The notes under the pieces: model-generated
Told to the model about the DNA's origin: nothing
The model's database searches: none
The model's input: only the letters and a program-made list of their open reading frames with translations
Part shown: positions 31,664 to 41,882 of the stretch, piece by piece
Position numbering within the stretch: the stretch's first letter is position 1
How the letters are laid out: every line of letters begins with the position of its first letter
Made by a program: the position numbers and the translations under genes
From: Candidatus Eiseniibacteriota bacterium
GTDB taxonomy: Bacteria; Eisenbacteria; RBG-16-71-46; CAIMUX01; VGJL01
NCBI GenBank assembly: GCA_041946735.1
Contig: JBHGAY010000020.1
Location: 47,238 to 111,237 of the forward strand
Direction: 5' to 3'
DNA length: 64,000 bases

Positions 31664-32403
31664 TCCGGAAGGCGGCGGAGCGTGCGCGCGGCGACGAGAA
31701 TCCGGAAGGGGCCCGGCCACCCGGCGTCGGCCAGGGCGCGCAGGCATTCGGAGGCGGTAGCCCCCGTCGTCCATACGTCATCGACCAGTACGAACAGCGC
31801 CGGCGCCGGCGCCGGCGAAGAAGGGGGACGAGCGGCTCGGAAGGCTCCGTGGACGGCGGCTCGGCGGGCGGGAATCTCGAGGCGGGTCTGGGAGGAGGAG
31901 GCGCGGAGCCGGACCAGCAGGTCCGTCGCCACCGCAGAACCCGTCCACCTCGCCACCTCGCGCGCCAACCTCTCCGACTGGTTGAACCCTCGTTCGCGTC
32001 TTCGGGTCCTGTGGAGCGGGACCGGCACGAGAACGGCGGGCTCGGCGCCGGCCGCGGCGATGCCCGCGGCAACGCCTGGCAGAGCGCCCGCTGCGCCGGC
32101 CGTCGACCGCATCCATGCGTCGGCCATCCAGGCGGCGAGCAGGCGGGCGGCCCCCCGATCGCCCTGGTACTTGGTCCGGTGGATCAGCTCCCGCACGGGG
32201 CCGGCGAACGGGAACGGCGCCACGAGGCGGGGCTCGTCGGGGTCGGCCCCTGTGGCGCGGAGGAGGGACTCCCTTCGAAGCCAGTCGTCGCAGGACCGAC
32301 AGGGCAGCGGCGCCCGCTCGACGGGGCGCCCGCAGGCGGGGCAGGCGGGTGGCAGCAGCAGGGAGACGATTCCCCGGCCGATCGAGAGAAGCGGAGGCGG
32401 CAT
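31660..32403 (-). CDS. comF: ComF-family phosphoribosyltransferase-like protein
   Basis: PPACPAC...CRSC zinc ribbon, VPVPLHRTRRRERGFNQS, LVDDVWTTGAT. Confidence 0.9.
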   Translation of the reverse strand: MPPPLLSIGRGIVSLLLPPACPACGRPVERAPLPCRSCDDWLRRESLLRATGADPDEPRLVAPFPFAGPVRELIHRTKYQGDRGAARLLAAWMADAWMRSTAGAAGALPGVAAGIAAAGAEPAVLVPVPLHRTRRRERGFNQSERLAREVARWTGSAVATDLLVRLRASSSQTRLEIPARRAAVHGAFRAARPPSSPAPAPALFVLVDDVWTTGATASECLRALADAGWPGPFRILVAARTLRRLPD

Positions 32404-32475
32404 GGCGCCCGCGCGCCGCAGCCGGATTCGGGCCAAGAGGCGTTCTCCGGCCCTGGCCCGGCTGCTCCCCAGCGG

Positions 32476-33339
32476 CTAGAGCGAGTCTTCCGGAAGAGCC
32501 TCTTCGAGGAGAGAGACGGGAACCGGCCGGTCGAGCCACAGCGAGAGCGAGAGAGCGGCCTGATGGCAGAGCAGGCCTCGCCCGTCGAAAACCGTGAGAC
32601 CGCGATCGCGCGCCTGCGCGGCAAGCGGCGTGCGCCCCGGGCCGTAGTTGGTGTCGACGACGATGCTGGCCGGGTCGACTCCCGAAAGCCAGGTTGCCAC
32701 CTCGCGCGAGCGGCCGGCGTCGACCGGCAGACACCCGACGGCGAGGATCGGCCGCTTGGGGAGCGGATCGATCCAGCCGACGCATCGCACCGGAGTGCCC
32801 GACCATCCCTTGTCGTACCAGGCGAGCAGCACCGATTCGGCCTCGGCCGGGTCGCGAGAGACGATCGTCAGCGGGAACTCCAGCCCGAGCTGATAGGCAA
32901 GGCTCGTTCCGAGCGAGCCGAAGCCGAGCAGGAAGATCCCCCCGCCTCCGGGCTCTATGCCCCGAGCTTTCATCCAGGAGCGGAAGCCGCGGCCGTCGGT
33001 GCAGTGACCGATCGGCTGGTCGCGAAAGGTGACGGTGTTGACGATCCCGGTCATCAGGACCTCCGGATCGCCGGCTCGCACCAGCCGGCCTACCGCCGGC
33101 TTGTGGGGCGTCGTCACGTTCCACCCCGCGCCTCCGACGCGTGGGAAGACATCGAGGAGGTTGGCCAGATCCTCCTCTCTCGCGTCGAGCGCGACATAGA
33201 CGTAGTTCTGATCGAGCGCGGCGAGCGCGTGATTGTGCAGGCGCGGCGAGAGGCTGTGTGCGACCGGGGATCCGACGAGCGCGAGGAGCCGGGTGCGCCC
33301 GTCGATCCGCGCGCGCTCGTTTTCCGCGGCCGGGCTCAT
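32476..33339 (-). CDS. aroE: Shikimate dehydrogenase family (divergent)
   Basis: GSPVAHSLSPRLHN, GWNVTTPHK, VNTV, GHCTDGRGF, DTNY, DGRGLLCHQA. Confidence 0.8.
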   Translation of the reverse strand: MSPAAENERARIDGRTRLLALVGSPVAHSLSPRLHNHALAALDQNYVYVALDAREEDLANLLDVFPRVGGAGWNVTTPHKPAVGRLVRAGDPEVLMTGIVNTVTFRDQPIGHCTDGRGFRSWMKARGIEPGGGGIFLLGFGSLGTSLAYQLGLEFPLTIVSRDPAEAESVLLAWYDKGWSGTPVRCVGWIDPLPKRPILAVGCLPVDAGRSREVATWLSGVDPASIVVDTNYGPGRTPLAAQARDRGLTVFDGRGLLCHQAALSLSLWLDRPVPVSLLEEALPEDSL

Positions 33340-34154
33340 CTCCCCGCCTCGCGAGCGGGCCGCGCGAGGTCGGTCGCCCGGTGTCCCGCCCGCAATCGCT
33401 GCACGACCAGGACCGCACCGGCCAGGGCGAGGAAGAGCGCGATCGCCTGGCTCTTCGTCCCGATCACCGGAGCGAGGGCCGGCAGTCGATCGACGTCCTC
33501 GTAGTATCGGGTGAAATCGACCAGGTAGCGGACGATTCCCTGGCCCACCAGGTAGATCCCGAACAGGACTCCCACCGTCAGGACCCGCCGGTCGAGGCGC
33601 CAGAGCATCAGGAAGACGACCAGCATCGCGACGGAGAGGAACAACTGCGACGGATAGACGGGAACGTTGCCGAGCGTCATCGCCGCGTAGGAATGAGGCG
33701 GATAATGGACGGCGAGCGGGCTCGCGCACGCCGCGCCGAAGCAGCATCCGTTCAGGAAGCATCCGATCCGCGTGATCGCCTCGCCGAGCGCGAGCGCCGG
33801 CGCGGTGGCGTCGGCGACGAGCAGGAAGGGCAGCCGGTGCTTCTTCAGATACAGGAAGCTCGCGACGATCGCCGCAATCAATCCTCCGTAGAGCGTCAGG
33901 CCGCCCTCCCAGATCCGGAAGAACTCGAGCGGATCGGCGTAGGAGTCGGGATGGCCGAGGACGAATGCGAGCCGCGCGCCGAGGAGCGAGGAGATCAGAA
34001 TCCAGCCGATCAGGGAGAGGATCGGGTCGGCGGGGATTCCGCGCCGCCCGGCGGAACGAACGGCCCACCAGGTTCCGACGAGGAAGGCGATCGCCAGCAT
34101 CACGCCGTACGCGCGGATCTGAAACGGTCCGAGATGGACCAGAGTCGGGATCAA
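33336..34154 (-). CDS. lgt: Prolipoprotein diacylglyceryl transferase
   Basis: IRAYGVMLA, LLGARL, IWEGGLTLYGG, RIGCFLNGCCFG, YPSQL, RYLVDFTR; TTG start. Confidence 0.95.
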   Translation of the reverse strand: MIPTLVHLGPFQIRAYGVMLAIAFLVGTWWAVRSAGRRGIPADPILSLIGWILISSLLGARLAFVLGHPDSYADPLEFFRIWEGGLTLYGGLIAAIVASFLYLKKHRLPFLLVADATAPALALGEAITRIGCFLNGCCFGAACASPLAVHYPPHSYAAMTLGNVPVYPSQLFLSVAMLVVFLMLWRLDRRVLTVGVLFGIYLVGQGIVRYLVDFTRYYEDVDRLPALAPVIGTKSQAIALFLALAGAVLVVQRLRAGHRATDLARPAREAGR

Positions 34155-34462
34155 GACGCTCCTCCCTTGGCCAATCGCGCTTCGCGGCCCTCTCCCCCGC
34201 CGGCGGCGCGAGATCCTGCCTCGACTCGATACGACGGCAAGACGGCGGAATCCCGGTTGAACCTTGGCGGAATCCTCGCGGATCCCGGCGCCCACGCGCC
34301 CCGCCGACGCAGAGAACCATCCTGGGGGAGGACGCCCGGGGAGGCAAGGGGCCGATTGTGACGGTTCGTTCGCTCCGTGTGATCAGGTACAATCAAGGGG
34401 CAGCGATCGTTCCACGTGTTGGGCCCCGACATCATCTGCCGCGCATCAGGAGGAGATCTCAG

Positions 34463-37039
34463 ATGCCACGATCCCGGTTCCCGGGAGTGACCGCCGCCAT
34501 GGCGGCCCTCGTTCTGCTCACCGTCTCCGTGCTCTCGACGCCGCCCGCGCAGGCGGTCCCCTTCCGCCCGGACGTTCTCCAGCAGGTCCGGGACTCGGGA
34601 GCGCTCCCTTCGATGGTCGCGGGCATCGAGCAGGCCCGCCTCCAAGGCCTCGACCGGCCGCCGGCCAGCGCCCGCGGCTGGCTGCGGCCGGTCGAGGGAG
34701 GCCGCGCGATCCCCGATCGCAACGCGATCGTGATCCTCGTCGACTTCTCCGACAAGCCGGCGAACCAGCAGCTTTACCCTTCCTCCCACTACACCGACAT
34801 GCTCTTCTCCGTCTCGACCTATCCCAGCGGAAGCATGCGCGACTGGTACCTCGAGAACTCCTACGGAGTGTTCAACGTCACCGGGGAGGTGACGATCTGG
34901 CTGCGGATGCCGCAGCCCTACACTTACTACGTCGACGGCCAGGCCGGCTTCGGCGCCTACCCGCACAACGCGCAGAAGCTCGCCGAGGATGCGGTCGTCG
35001 CCGCCAATCCGTACGTCGACTTCAGCCAATTCGACAACGACGGTCCGGACGGCATCCCGGACTCCGGGGACGACGATGGCTTCGTCGATGCCCTGTTCGT
35101 CGTGCATGCCGGTCCCGGCCGCGAGGAGACCGGCTCGGACAACGACATCCACTCGCACGCCTGGCAGATGAACATTCCCCAGTCGGTCGACGGCGTCACA
35201 GCGAGCAGCTACTGCATGGAGCCGGACAACGGCAAGCGCGGCGTCTTCGGCCACGAGTTCGGTCACATCCTCGGCCTTCCGGACCTCTACGACCCCGACT
35301 ACTCCTCTTCGGGCGTCGGCGACTGGTGCATGATGTCGTTCGGCTCCTGGGGCAACGGCGGGCTCACCCCGGTTCACTTCCTCTCCTGGTGCAAGGCGCA
35401 GCTCGGGTTCCTCGAACCGACCGTGCCCTTGACGAACGTCGTGGGAGCCTCGATCCCCAAGGTCGAGACGAACCCGACGTCCTTCAACCTGTGGACCGGC
35501 GGCTATCCCGAGCAGCAGTACTTCACGGTGGAGAACCGGCAGCGGACCGGCTCCGACGCCTATCTTCCCGGGGACGGGCTGATCATCTGCCACATCGACG
35601 AGGGCGCGCCCGCCGGGAATAGCGACGAGGACCATCCGCTGGTCGCGGTCGAGCAGGCGGACGGCTTGAACGAGCTGCACGATGGCGGCGGATCCGACAA
35701 CGGAGATCCTTGGCCCGGCAGCACGAACCATCGCGACTTCACCGACACGTCGAACCCGAATACGCGGGACTACGACGGGCATTCGACCCAGGTGGCGGTC
35801 AAGAGCATCTCGAACTCCGGCGCCGCCATGACGGCGAACCTCGAGGTCGAGAACGCGCCGATCTTCCTCTTCGAGGACTTCGCGATCGACGAGGTGACCG
35901 GCAACGGCGACGGCGACATCGATCCCGGCGAGCAGTGGGACATGCCAGTGACGCTGTATAACCGCGGCCTCGGCGCCAACAACGTCACCGGCGACCTGAG
36001 CACCTCCGAGGTTCGCGTGTCGATCCAGAACGGCAACACGAGCTTCGGCACCGTGGCGGCGGAGTCCGAGGCGACCGGAGCGCCCCCGTTCCGCGCGACT
36101 CTCCAAGCGGGCGCCCAGCTCGACGGGATCCCCTTCACGCTCGGAATCCATTACGGTCTCGGGCAGCTCGTGCAGGTGCCGTTCCTGGTCGGGGTGAACG
36201 ATCCGCTCGAAATGTATCGCTGGACGCACGAGAACGTCTCGATCGGATACGGCGATCAGTGGCACCTCTCCGGCCAGCGCAACCACACGCCGGGCGGCGC
36301 CTACGCCTGGAAATGCGGCGACACGGGCAACGATGTCTACGCCAATCTTCTCGACGCGGCGCTCGTCACGCGCCCGCTGCCGCTCGCCACGGTCGACGCG
36401 GTGCGCTTCTGGCACTGGATCGATGCAGAGGACGACGCGAACTTCACCGCTTGGGACGGCGGGATCGTCGAGGCGTCGATCGACGGCGGCGCGTGGTTCC
36501 AGATCACGCCGGACGGGGGCTACCCGTACACGATCATCGCGAATCCGGCCAGTCCCTTCCCGGGCGACACGCCCTGCTACAGCGGGAGTCACGACTGGAG
36601 CGAGGCGCGGTTCGACCTTACGGGGCTGAACGGCAACTCCGTCCGCCTCCGCTTCCGCTTCGGCAGCGACGGTTACGTGACGTATGAGGGATGGTACATC
36701 GACGACGTCGTGATCGAGGGCTCGATCGCCGGCGCGGAGGACGTGCTCGCTTCGGGGGCCGCGCTGCAGCTCTCTCCCGCGCGACCGAACCCGGCGTCGG
36801 GACCGCTCACCCTGTCGTTCGTGCAACCCGCCGGTGTGAGCGCGCACGCCGCGCTCGTCGATGCGACGGGCCGGCGTCTCGCGACATGGGACTTCCCGGC
36901 CTCCGCGGCGACGGCGACGCAGCGCATCGCCTGGGACGGCCGTCTGGCGAACGGCGAGCGCGCGGCGAGCGGTGTCTACTTCTTCCGTCTCGAGGCGGGC
37001 AGCGCGAGGAGCTCGCAGCGGGTGCTCTGGATCCGATGA
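34463..37039 (+). CDS. Secreted M6-family (immune inhibitor A-like) metalloprotease with C-terminal FlgD/T9SS-like domain
   Basis: Signal peptide; ILVDFSD, GSMRDWYLENSYG, VDFSQFDND, HEFGHILGLPDLYD, WCMMSFGSW, YFTVENR; C-terminal PNP...WDG...SGVYFFRL; AGGAG RBS. Confidence 0.92.
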   Translation: MPRSRFPGVTAAMAALVLLTVSVLSTPPAQAVPFRPDVLQQVRDSGALPSMVAGIEQARLQGLDRPPASARGWLRPVEGGRAIPDRNAIVILVDFSDKPANQQLYPSSHYTDMLFSVSTYPSGSMRDWYLENSYGVFNVTGEVTIWLRMPQPYTYYVDGQAGFGAYPHNAQKLAEDAVVAANPYVDFSQFDNDGPDGIPDSGDDDGFVDALFVVHAGPGREETGSDNDIHSHAWQMNIPQSVDGVTASSYCMEPDNGKRGVFGHEFGHILGLPDLYDPDYSSSGVGDWCMMSFGSWGNGGLTPVHFLSWCKAQLGFLEPTVPLTNVVGASIPKVETNPTSFNLWTGGYPEQQYFTVENRQRTGSDAYLPGDGLIICHIDEGAPAGNSDEDHPLVAVEQADGLNELHDGGGSDNGDPWPGSTNHRDFTDTSNPNTRDYDGHSTQVAVKSISNSGAAMTANLEVENAPIFLFEDFAIDEVTGNGDGDIDPGEQWDMPVTLYNRGLGANNVTGDLSTSEVRVSIQNGNTSFGTVAAESEATGAPPFRATLQAGAQLDGIPFTLGIHYGLGQLVQVPFLVGVNDPLEMYRWTHENVSIGYGDQWHLSGQRNHTPGGAYAWKCGDTGNDVYANLLDAALVTRPLPLATVDAVRFWHWIDAEDDANFTAWDGGIVEASIDGGAWFQITPDGGYPYTIIANPASPFPGDTPCYSGSHDWSEARFDLTGLNGNSVRLRFRFGSDGYVTYEGWYIDDVVIEGSIAGAEDVLASGAALQLSPARPNPASGPLTLSFVQPAGVSAHAALVDATGRRLATWDFPASAATATQRIAWDGRLANGERAASGVYFFRLEAGSARSSQRVLWIR

Positions 37040-37079
37040 TCTGACGCCGGAGTCTCCCGCTCGCGTTGGAGCGCAATAC

Positions 37080-37112
37080 GGCGGCCGCTTCCCGAAATGG
37101 GAGGCGGCCGCC
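37080..37112. terminator. Strong hairpin between convergent M6 protease and rodA genes
   Basis: GGCGGCCGCTTCCC-GAAAT-GGGAGGCGGCCGCC, 14-bp stem; no clear U-tract. Confidence 0.5.
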
Positions 37113-37145
37113 GAGCCGTTCCGTCGACGGCGGCCCTTCAGTCCT

Positions 37146-38381
37146 TCAATAGTCGTAGCGGTGCGCGGAGATGTTGAGAAGCAGGCCGAGGGTCGCGTAG
37201 ATGGTGAGCTGGAAGGTCCCGCCGTAGCTGATCAGCGGCAGCGGGAGCCCGGTCACCGGCAAGAGCCCCACCGTCATCGCCATGTTCACCGCGGAGTGAT
37301 AGAGGATCAACGTCCCCAGGCCGACCGCCAGCAGCCCCGAGAAGGGGCTCCGGCAGTGGAGCGCCAGATAGAAGGCGCGGAAGACCAGCGCCAGGAAGAG
37401 CACGAGGACCGCAAGGCTGCCCAGGAACCCGAACTCCTCCCCCACGACGCTGAAGATGAAGTCGGTGTGCTGCTGCGGCAGGAAGGCGAGCGCCTTCTGC
37501 GATCCCTTGAGAAACCCCTTGCCCCACATGCCGCCGCTGCCGACGGCGATCTTCGACTGCAGCAGCTGGTAGCCGGCGCCGCCCGGATCCTGCCCGGGAT
37601 CGAGGAACGTCGTCAGCCGCGCCTTCTGATACGGCTCGAGATGCCCCCAGGCGATCGGGCCGCCGATGAAAACCGCGAGCTGCACCAACACGAACGCGCC
37701 GATGACGAGCCAGGGCATCCGGCTCCGAACGAGCACCACGAGCGACACGACGAGAAACGCCCCCCAGGCGAGCCAGTGCTTGCCGAGGATCAGTCCCGCG
37801 AGCGGGCTGACGAGGAGGAGCAGATGCAGGCCGGGCAGCCCCGCCCACACCAGCATCGTCGCCGCGAACGCCACGAAGGCACCACTCGTTCCGAGATCCG
37901 GCTGCTTCAGGACGAGAAGCAGCGGCAGCAGGGCGAGACCGAGCACCGCGCCCAGGTTGGAAAGGCGCGCCGGGTCGTGCCGCTTCGTCGACAGGAATCG
38001 GGCGAGGACGAGGATGGTCGTCAGCTTCGCGAACTCGGAGGGCTGCATGCGCAGCGGTCCCGCTCCGAGCCACCGCCGCGCGCCGTAGACCTCGATCCCG
38101 GCGACGAGCACGCCGATCAGGAGGACGAGAGCGATCGCGTGCAGCACGTAGGCGAAGTCCTCGAGCAGGCGCAGCGGAAGGACCATGAAGACCAGCATCG
38201 CCGCGATCGCGATCGGGAACGCCAGCAGATGGCGCAGGAAGAAGCCGGCGCGGGCGCTGTCCGGAAACTCCGTCGCGCTGTAGACGACGAGCATCCCGAT
38301 CAAGATCAGCCCCGCCATCGGGACGATCAGATACGGGTCGAGCCGCCGCCCGTAGATCCGCAGCGCAGCCGGGATTCTCAT
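37146..38381 (-). CDS. rodA: Rod shape-determining SEDS protein RodA
   Basis: GARRWL, QPSEFAK, KQPDLGT, YQKARL, GYQLLQSKIAVGSGG, FLPQQHTDFIF, PVTGLPLPLISYGG. Confidence 0.96.
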   Translation of the reverse strand: MRIPAALRIYGRRLDPYLIVPMAGLILIGMLVVYSATEFPDSARAGFFLRHLLAFPIAIAAMLVFMVLPLRLLEDFAYVLHAIALVLLIGVLVAGIEVYGARRWLGAGPLRMQPSEFAKLTTILVLARFLSTKRHDPARLSNLGAVLGLALLPLLLVLKQPDLGTSGAFVAFAATMLVWAGLPGLHLLLLVSPLAGLILGKHWLAWGAFLVVSLVVLVRSRMPWLVIGAFVLVQLAVFIGGPIAWGHLEPYQKARLTTFLDPGQDPGGAGYQLLQSKIAVGSGGMWGKGFLKGSQKALAFLPQQHTDFIFSVVGEEFGFLGSLAVLVLFLALVFRAFYLALHCRSPFSGLLAVGLGTLILYHSAVNMAMTVGLLPVTGLPLPLISYGGTFQLTIYATLGLLLNISAHRYDY

Positions 38382-40390
38382 CGGGGTGGATTCCCCATGG
38401 CGACCGTCGCATCGCGGCCGCCCGCCGGCCGCGGCGTCGCCGGTCCCTCCGGCGGCGTGGCCGTCCCCTTCGGCGCGGCCATCGCCTTCGGCGCCGCCGC
38501 CATTCCGATCGGCGCCGTCGCCATTCCCTTCGGCGGAGGCATCAAATAGGTCTGCAACACCGGCTGCGCGGTCGGAGCGGCGATCGCCCCTCCGTGCCCG
38601 CTCTGCTCGAGCACCACGACCACCACGATCTCCGGCGCGTCCGCCGGCGCGTACCCGACGAACAGCGCATGATCCTGTCCGTGCGGGTTCTGCGAGGTGC
38701 CGGTCTTGCCCGCGACGCGGAACGATCCCACCCGAGCCTGCTTGCCGGTCCCTCCCGGATCCATCACGACCGCCTCGAGGGCGCGCTGGATCTCCGCGAT
38801 CTCGACACCGGTCGCCGGCAGCGACGCCTCGTCCGCGGAGTCGCGGTCGAACTCCTCGACCACCTTCCCGTTCGGATCGACGACGCGAAGGGCGGTGTGC
38901 GGCCGGACGATCGTCCCTCCGTTGGCGATCGCCGCGTAGAGCCGGGCGATCTGGATGGGGGTGAGCAGCAACTCCCCCTGGCCGATCGACAGGTTCAGGG
39001 CCGCTCCCGGTCCGGGGGGCCCGCCGCGCGCCTTCTTGAACCAGGCGAGCGTCGGAACGAGGCTCGATCGCTCCTGTGGAAGATCGACGCGGGTCGGCAC
39101 CCCCACGCTGCACGCCTCCGCGTAACGGGTGAGGCGATCGACACCGAGCCGGATCCCGCACTGATAGAAGTAGACGTCGCACGACTTGGCCATCGCCATG
39201 ATGAGGCCCAGCGAGCCGTGCCCGCGCGAAAGATGGCAGCGGAAGTACCGGTTGCCGAAATAGAGGCCCCCGCCGCACGCGGAAGGCATCGGTTGACTCG
39301 GAGTGACCCCCGCCTCATGAAGGACGGCCAGCCCGGTCAGCGCCTTGAACGTGGAGCCGGGCGGGTAGGAGGCCTGGATTGGCCGATTCAGCAGAGGATA
39401 GCCGTCGCCCGAAAGGACGGCCCAATCCGCCTTCGAGATCCTCCCTATGAAGAGGTTCGGATCGAACGCCGGGCGGCTCGCCATCGCGAGCACCTCGCCG
39501 TTGCGGGCGTCGATCGCGACAACGCATCCCGGACGCGGTTCGGCCCCCTCGCCGAACTGCTTCTTCAGCCGCGACGGCACCGAGTCGAGCGCCGCCTCCG
39601 CGGCGAGCTGGACGTCGAGATCGATCGTCAGGACGACGTCGTCCCCGGGAATCGACGGCAGCGACGGCAGCTCTTCGAACAGATTCGTGCGCCGGCCGAA
39701 GGCGTCGACCTCGACGTACTCGATCCCGTCACGCCCGCGCAGCCACCGCTCGTACGACCGCTCGACGCCCGAGCGGCCGATCAGGTCGCCGCGCTGGTAT
39801 GGCGGATCGCCCGATCCGTCGGGACTCTTCTCGAGATCCGACTCCGACACCTCGCCGACGTAGCCGATCAGGTGCGCCGCCAGCGATCCATACGGATAGC
39901 GGCGGGCCGGCTCGGGACGGATTTCGACGCCGGGCAGATGCTCCATCCTCTCCTCGAGCGCCGAGAGCGTCTCGAACGAGAGGGAGCGCGCGATGGTGAT
40001 CGGCGGCGAGCCGGCGCGCCGCGCCGCCTCGACCTCCTCCGCCAGGTCGTCCGGATCCTGCCCGAGGACGGTGGCCAGCTCCCGCGCCACGAGGTCGAGA
40101 GAGGCGCGGTTTTCCCGGAACGCGCGATCCCGCGGATCGAACGAGAGATGGAACGAAGGGGCGTTGTCGGCGAGCACGCGGCCGTAGCGGTCGAGCAGCC
40201 GCCCGCGGTGCGCCTTCATCAGCTCCGGGCGGATCCGGTTCTCCTCCGCCTGTCGCATGTAGCGCTGGGAGCGGATCACCTGCATGTCGACGAGCCGCAC
40301 GAGAACCGCCGCAAAGCAGAGGACGGCGAACAGGACGAGCCAGCGGAAGCGCGCCTGCAGGCGGTCGAAGGTGAATCTACGCTCGGCCAC
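38378..40390 (-). CDS. mrdA: Penicillin-binding protein 2
   Basis: RGRLLDRYG, RRYPYG, GRSGVERSYE, YPPGSTFK (SxxK), SCDVYFY, GKTGT. Confidence 0.96.
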   Translation of the reverse strand: MAERRFTFDRLQARFRWLVLFAVLCFAAVLVRLVDMQVIRSQRYMRQAEENRIRPELMKAHRGRLLDRYGRVLADNAPSFHLSFDPRDRAFRENRASLDLVARELATVLGQDPDDLAEEVEAARRAGSPPITIARSLSFETLSALEERMEHLPGVEIRPEPARRYPYGSLAAHLIGYVGEVSESDLEKSPDGSGDPPYQRGDLIGRSGVERSYERWLRGRDGIEYVEVDAFGRRTNLFEELPSLPSIPGDDVVLTIDLDVQLAAEAALDSVPSRLKKQFGEGAEPRPGCVVAIDARNGEVLAMASRPAFDPNLFIGRISKADWAVLSGDGYPLLNRPIQASYPPGSTFKALTGLAVLHEAGVTPSQPMPSACGGGLYFGNRYFRCHLSRGHGSLGLIMAMAKSCDVYFYQCGIRLGVDRLTRYAEACSVGVPTRVDLPQERSSLVPTLAWFKKARGGPPGPGAALNLSIGQGELLLTPIQIARLYAAIANGGTIVRPHTALRVVDPNGKVVEEFDRDSADEASLPATGVEIAEIQRALEAVVMDPGGTGKQARVGSFRVAGKTGTSQNPHGQDHALFVGYAPADAPEIVVVVVLEQSGHGGAIAAPTAQPVLQTYLMPPPKGMATAPIGMAAAPKAMAAPKGTATPPEGPATPRPAGGRDATVAMGNPPR

Positions 40391-40877
40391 GCAGCCACCT
40401 CGCTTGGCCGAGGATCGATTGCGCGGCCCAGACGATCAGCGGCACGGCGATGCCGGTGTAGAGCGCCGTGGGCGCCCCCCAGCGCAACCAGAGGAGCACG
40501 AACTTCCCCGGATCGAAGGCGGAGAGCGCAAGCGCGCGGATCGTCTCGGCGAGGAGGGCGAGCAGCGTCAGGAGGGCCCCCGAGACGATCGGATCGGAGG
40601 CGTCGACCGCCGCGGAGATGCGCGCCGTCACGTATCCCATCGTGCACCACGCCAGGCTCGAGAGTCCGACCCCTTCGGGACGGTCCACGTCGATCAGCAG
40701 TCCGAGCACGAAGCCCCCGAGGATTCCGTAGGCGCTCCCGCGAGCGAGGGCGAGGTAGAAGACGAGGGCGGCCGCGAGATCCGGCTGCACGCCGGCGATC
40801 GCCAGCCGCGCCCCGAGCGTCAGTCGGAAGGCGAGGACCACCCAGACGGTCACGATGAGCCTCAGCCAGAACCGCAT
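40377..40877 (-). CDS. mreD: Rod shape-determining protein MreD
   Basis: Hydrophobic; QPDL, GFVLGLLID; between mreC and mrdA. Confidence 0.88.
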   Translation of the reverse strand: MRFWLRLIVTVWVVLAFRLTLGARLAIAGVQPDLAAALVFYLALARGSAYGILGGFVLGLLIDVDRPEGVGLSSLAWCTMGYVTARISAAVDASDPIVSGALLTLLALLAETIRALALSAFDPGKFVLLWLRWGAPTALYTGIAVPLIVWAAQSILGQARWLRGRA

Positions 40878-40995
40878 CGTCTCCTCGTCCCCTTCGCCCC
40901 GTCTCTCCTCGGTTGCGGAGACGCCTTCGCCTTCTCCGTCTCCCCCATCCCCTTCTCATCGGCGGCCCGGGCGCGACGCTCGCGTCCCCGTTCCC

Positions 40996-41874
40996 TCATG
41001 GGCCCGGCCCGACCGCTCCCGGCATCGGCGGTGGGCCCGGCGGAACGCGCGAGGGCTCGGGGTAGAGCCCCGAGGCATCCCCTTCCGGCGGCCTCTCCTC
41101 GACCAGGAAGACCTGGTAGGCCCGGCCGCGCCGGACGGCGCCCTGCACCCGCACGCGCTTCAGCTGCGTCCGCCGGTCCTCTTCGGCCCCCACGACGTGT
41201 CCGACAAGGATCCCGCGCGGGAACACCTCTCCGAGCCCCGACGTCACGATCGGATCCCCCTTCCGGAAGTCCGACTGCAGCGGCACCGGCTCGATCGCCA
41301 GCTCCCCCGGATGCTCCGGATTCCAGCGGAGGATCCCCTGCTCCCCGCTCCTCCGGTTCATCACGCTCACGGCGACGCGGCTGTGCCAGACCGTTTCGGC
41401 GAGCGCGCGCGCTCCGCCCGACCGCGCGACCCTTCCCAGCAGCCCGTCGGGCGTCACCACCGCCGTCCCCGTCTGCGCCGAGCCGGCGACCTCGAGCCAG
41501 AGAACCTCCCCCGTCCAGTCGAGCGATCGCCCGACGACGCGGGCAGGCAGGAGCGCCAGATCGGTGCGCGCGCGCATCCCGAGCATGCGACGCAGCGTCT
41601 CGTTCTCCCGTCCCTTCTCGGCCAACTGCGCCACCTCGAGCCGCTCGGCCGTCAGGTCGCGGGACAGCTTGCGGTTCTGCATCTGCACGAGCAGGCTCCG
41701 TCCTTCCCAGCCGAGAACCGAGCGGACCGGGAAGAAGAACGACCATTCCAGGCCGGTCGCGATGCCACGGCGGACCGAGACGGGGCTGGCCAGCAGGAGG
41801 ATCGAGATGCCGGCACAGGCGATCCAAAGCAGGAAGCTGCGGCGGGAGGCGCGCAGTGCGCCGCGCGAGGCCAT
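40996..41874 (-). CDS. mreC: Rod shape-determining protein MreC
   Basis: Coiled coil ENETLRRML, ARVVGR, VVTPDGLLGRV, GDPIVTSGLGEVFPRGILVG. Confidence 0.92.
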   Translation of the reverse strand: MASRGALRASRRSFLLWIACAGISILLLASPVSVRRGIATGLEWSFFFPVRSVLGWEGRSLLVQMQNRKLSRDLTAERLEVAQLAEKGRENETLRRMLGMRARTDLALLPARVVGRSLDWTGEVLWLEVAGSAQTGTAVVTPDGLLGRVARSGGARALAETVWHSRVAVSVMNRRSGEQGILRWNPEHPGELAIEPVPLQSDFRKGDPIVTSGLGEVFPRGILVGHVVGAEEDRRTQLKRVRVQGAVRRGRAYQVFLVEERPPEGDASGLYPEPSRVPPGPPPMPGAVGPGP

Positions 41875-41882
41875 CGGGCGGC

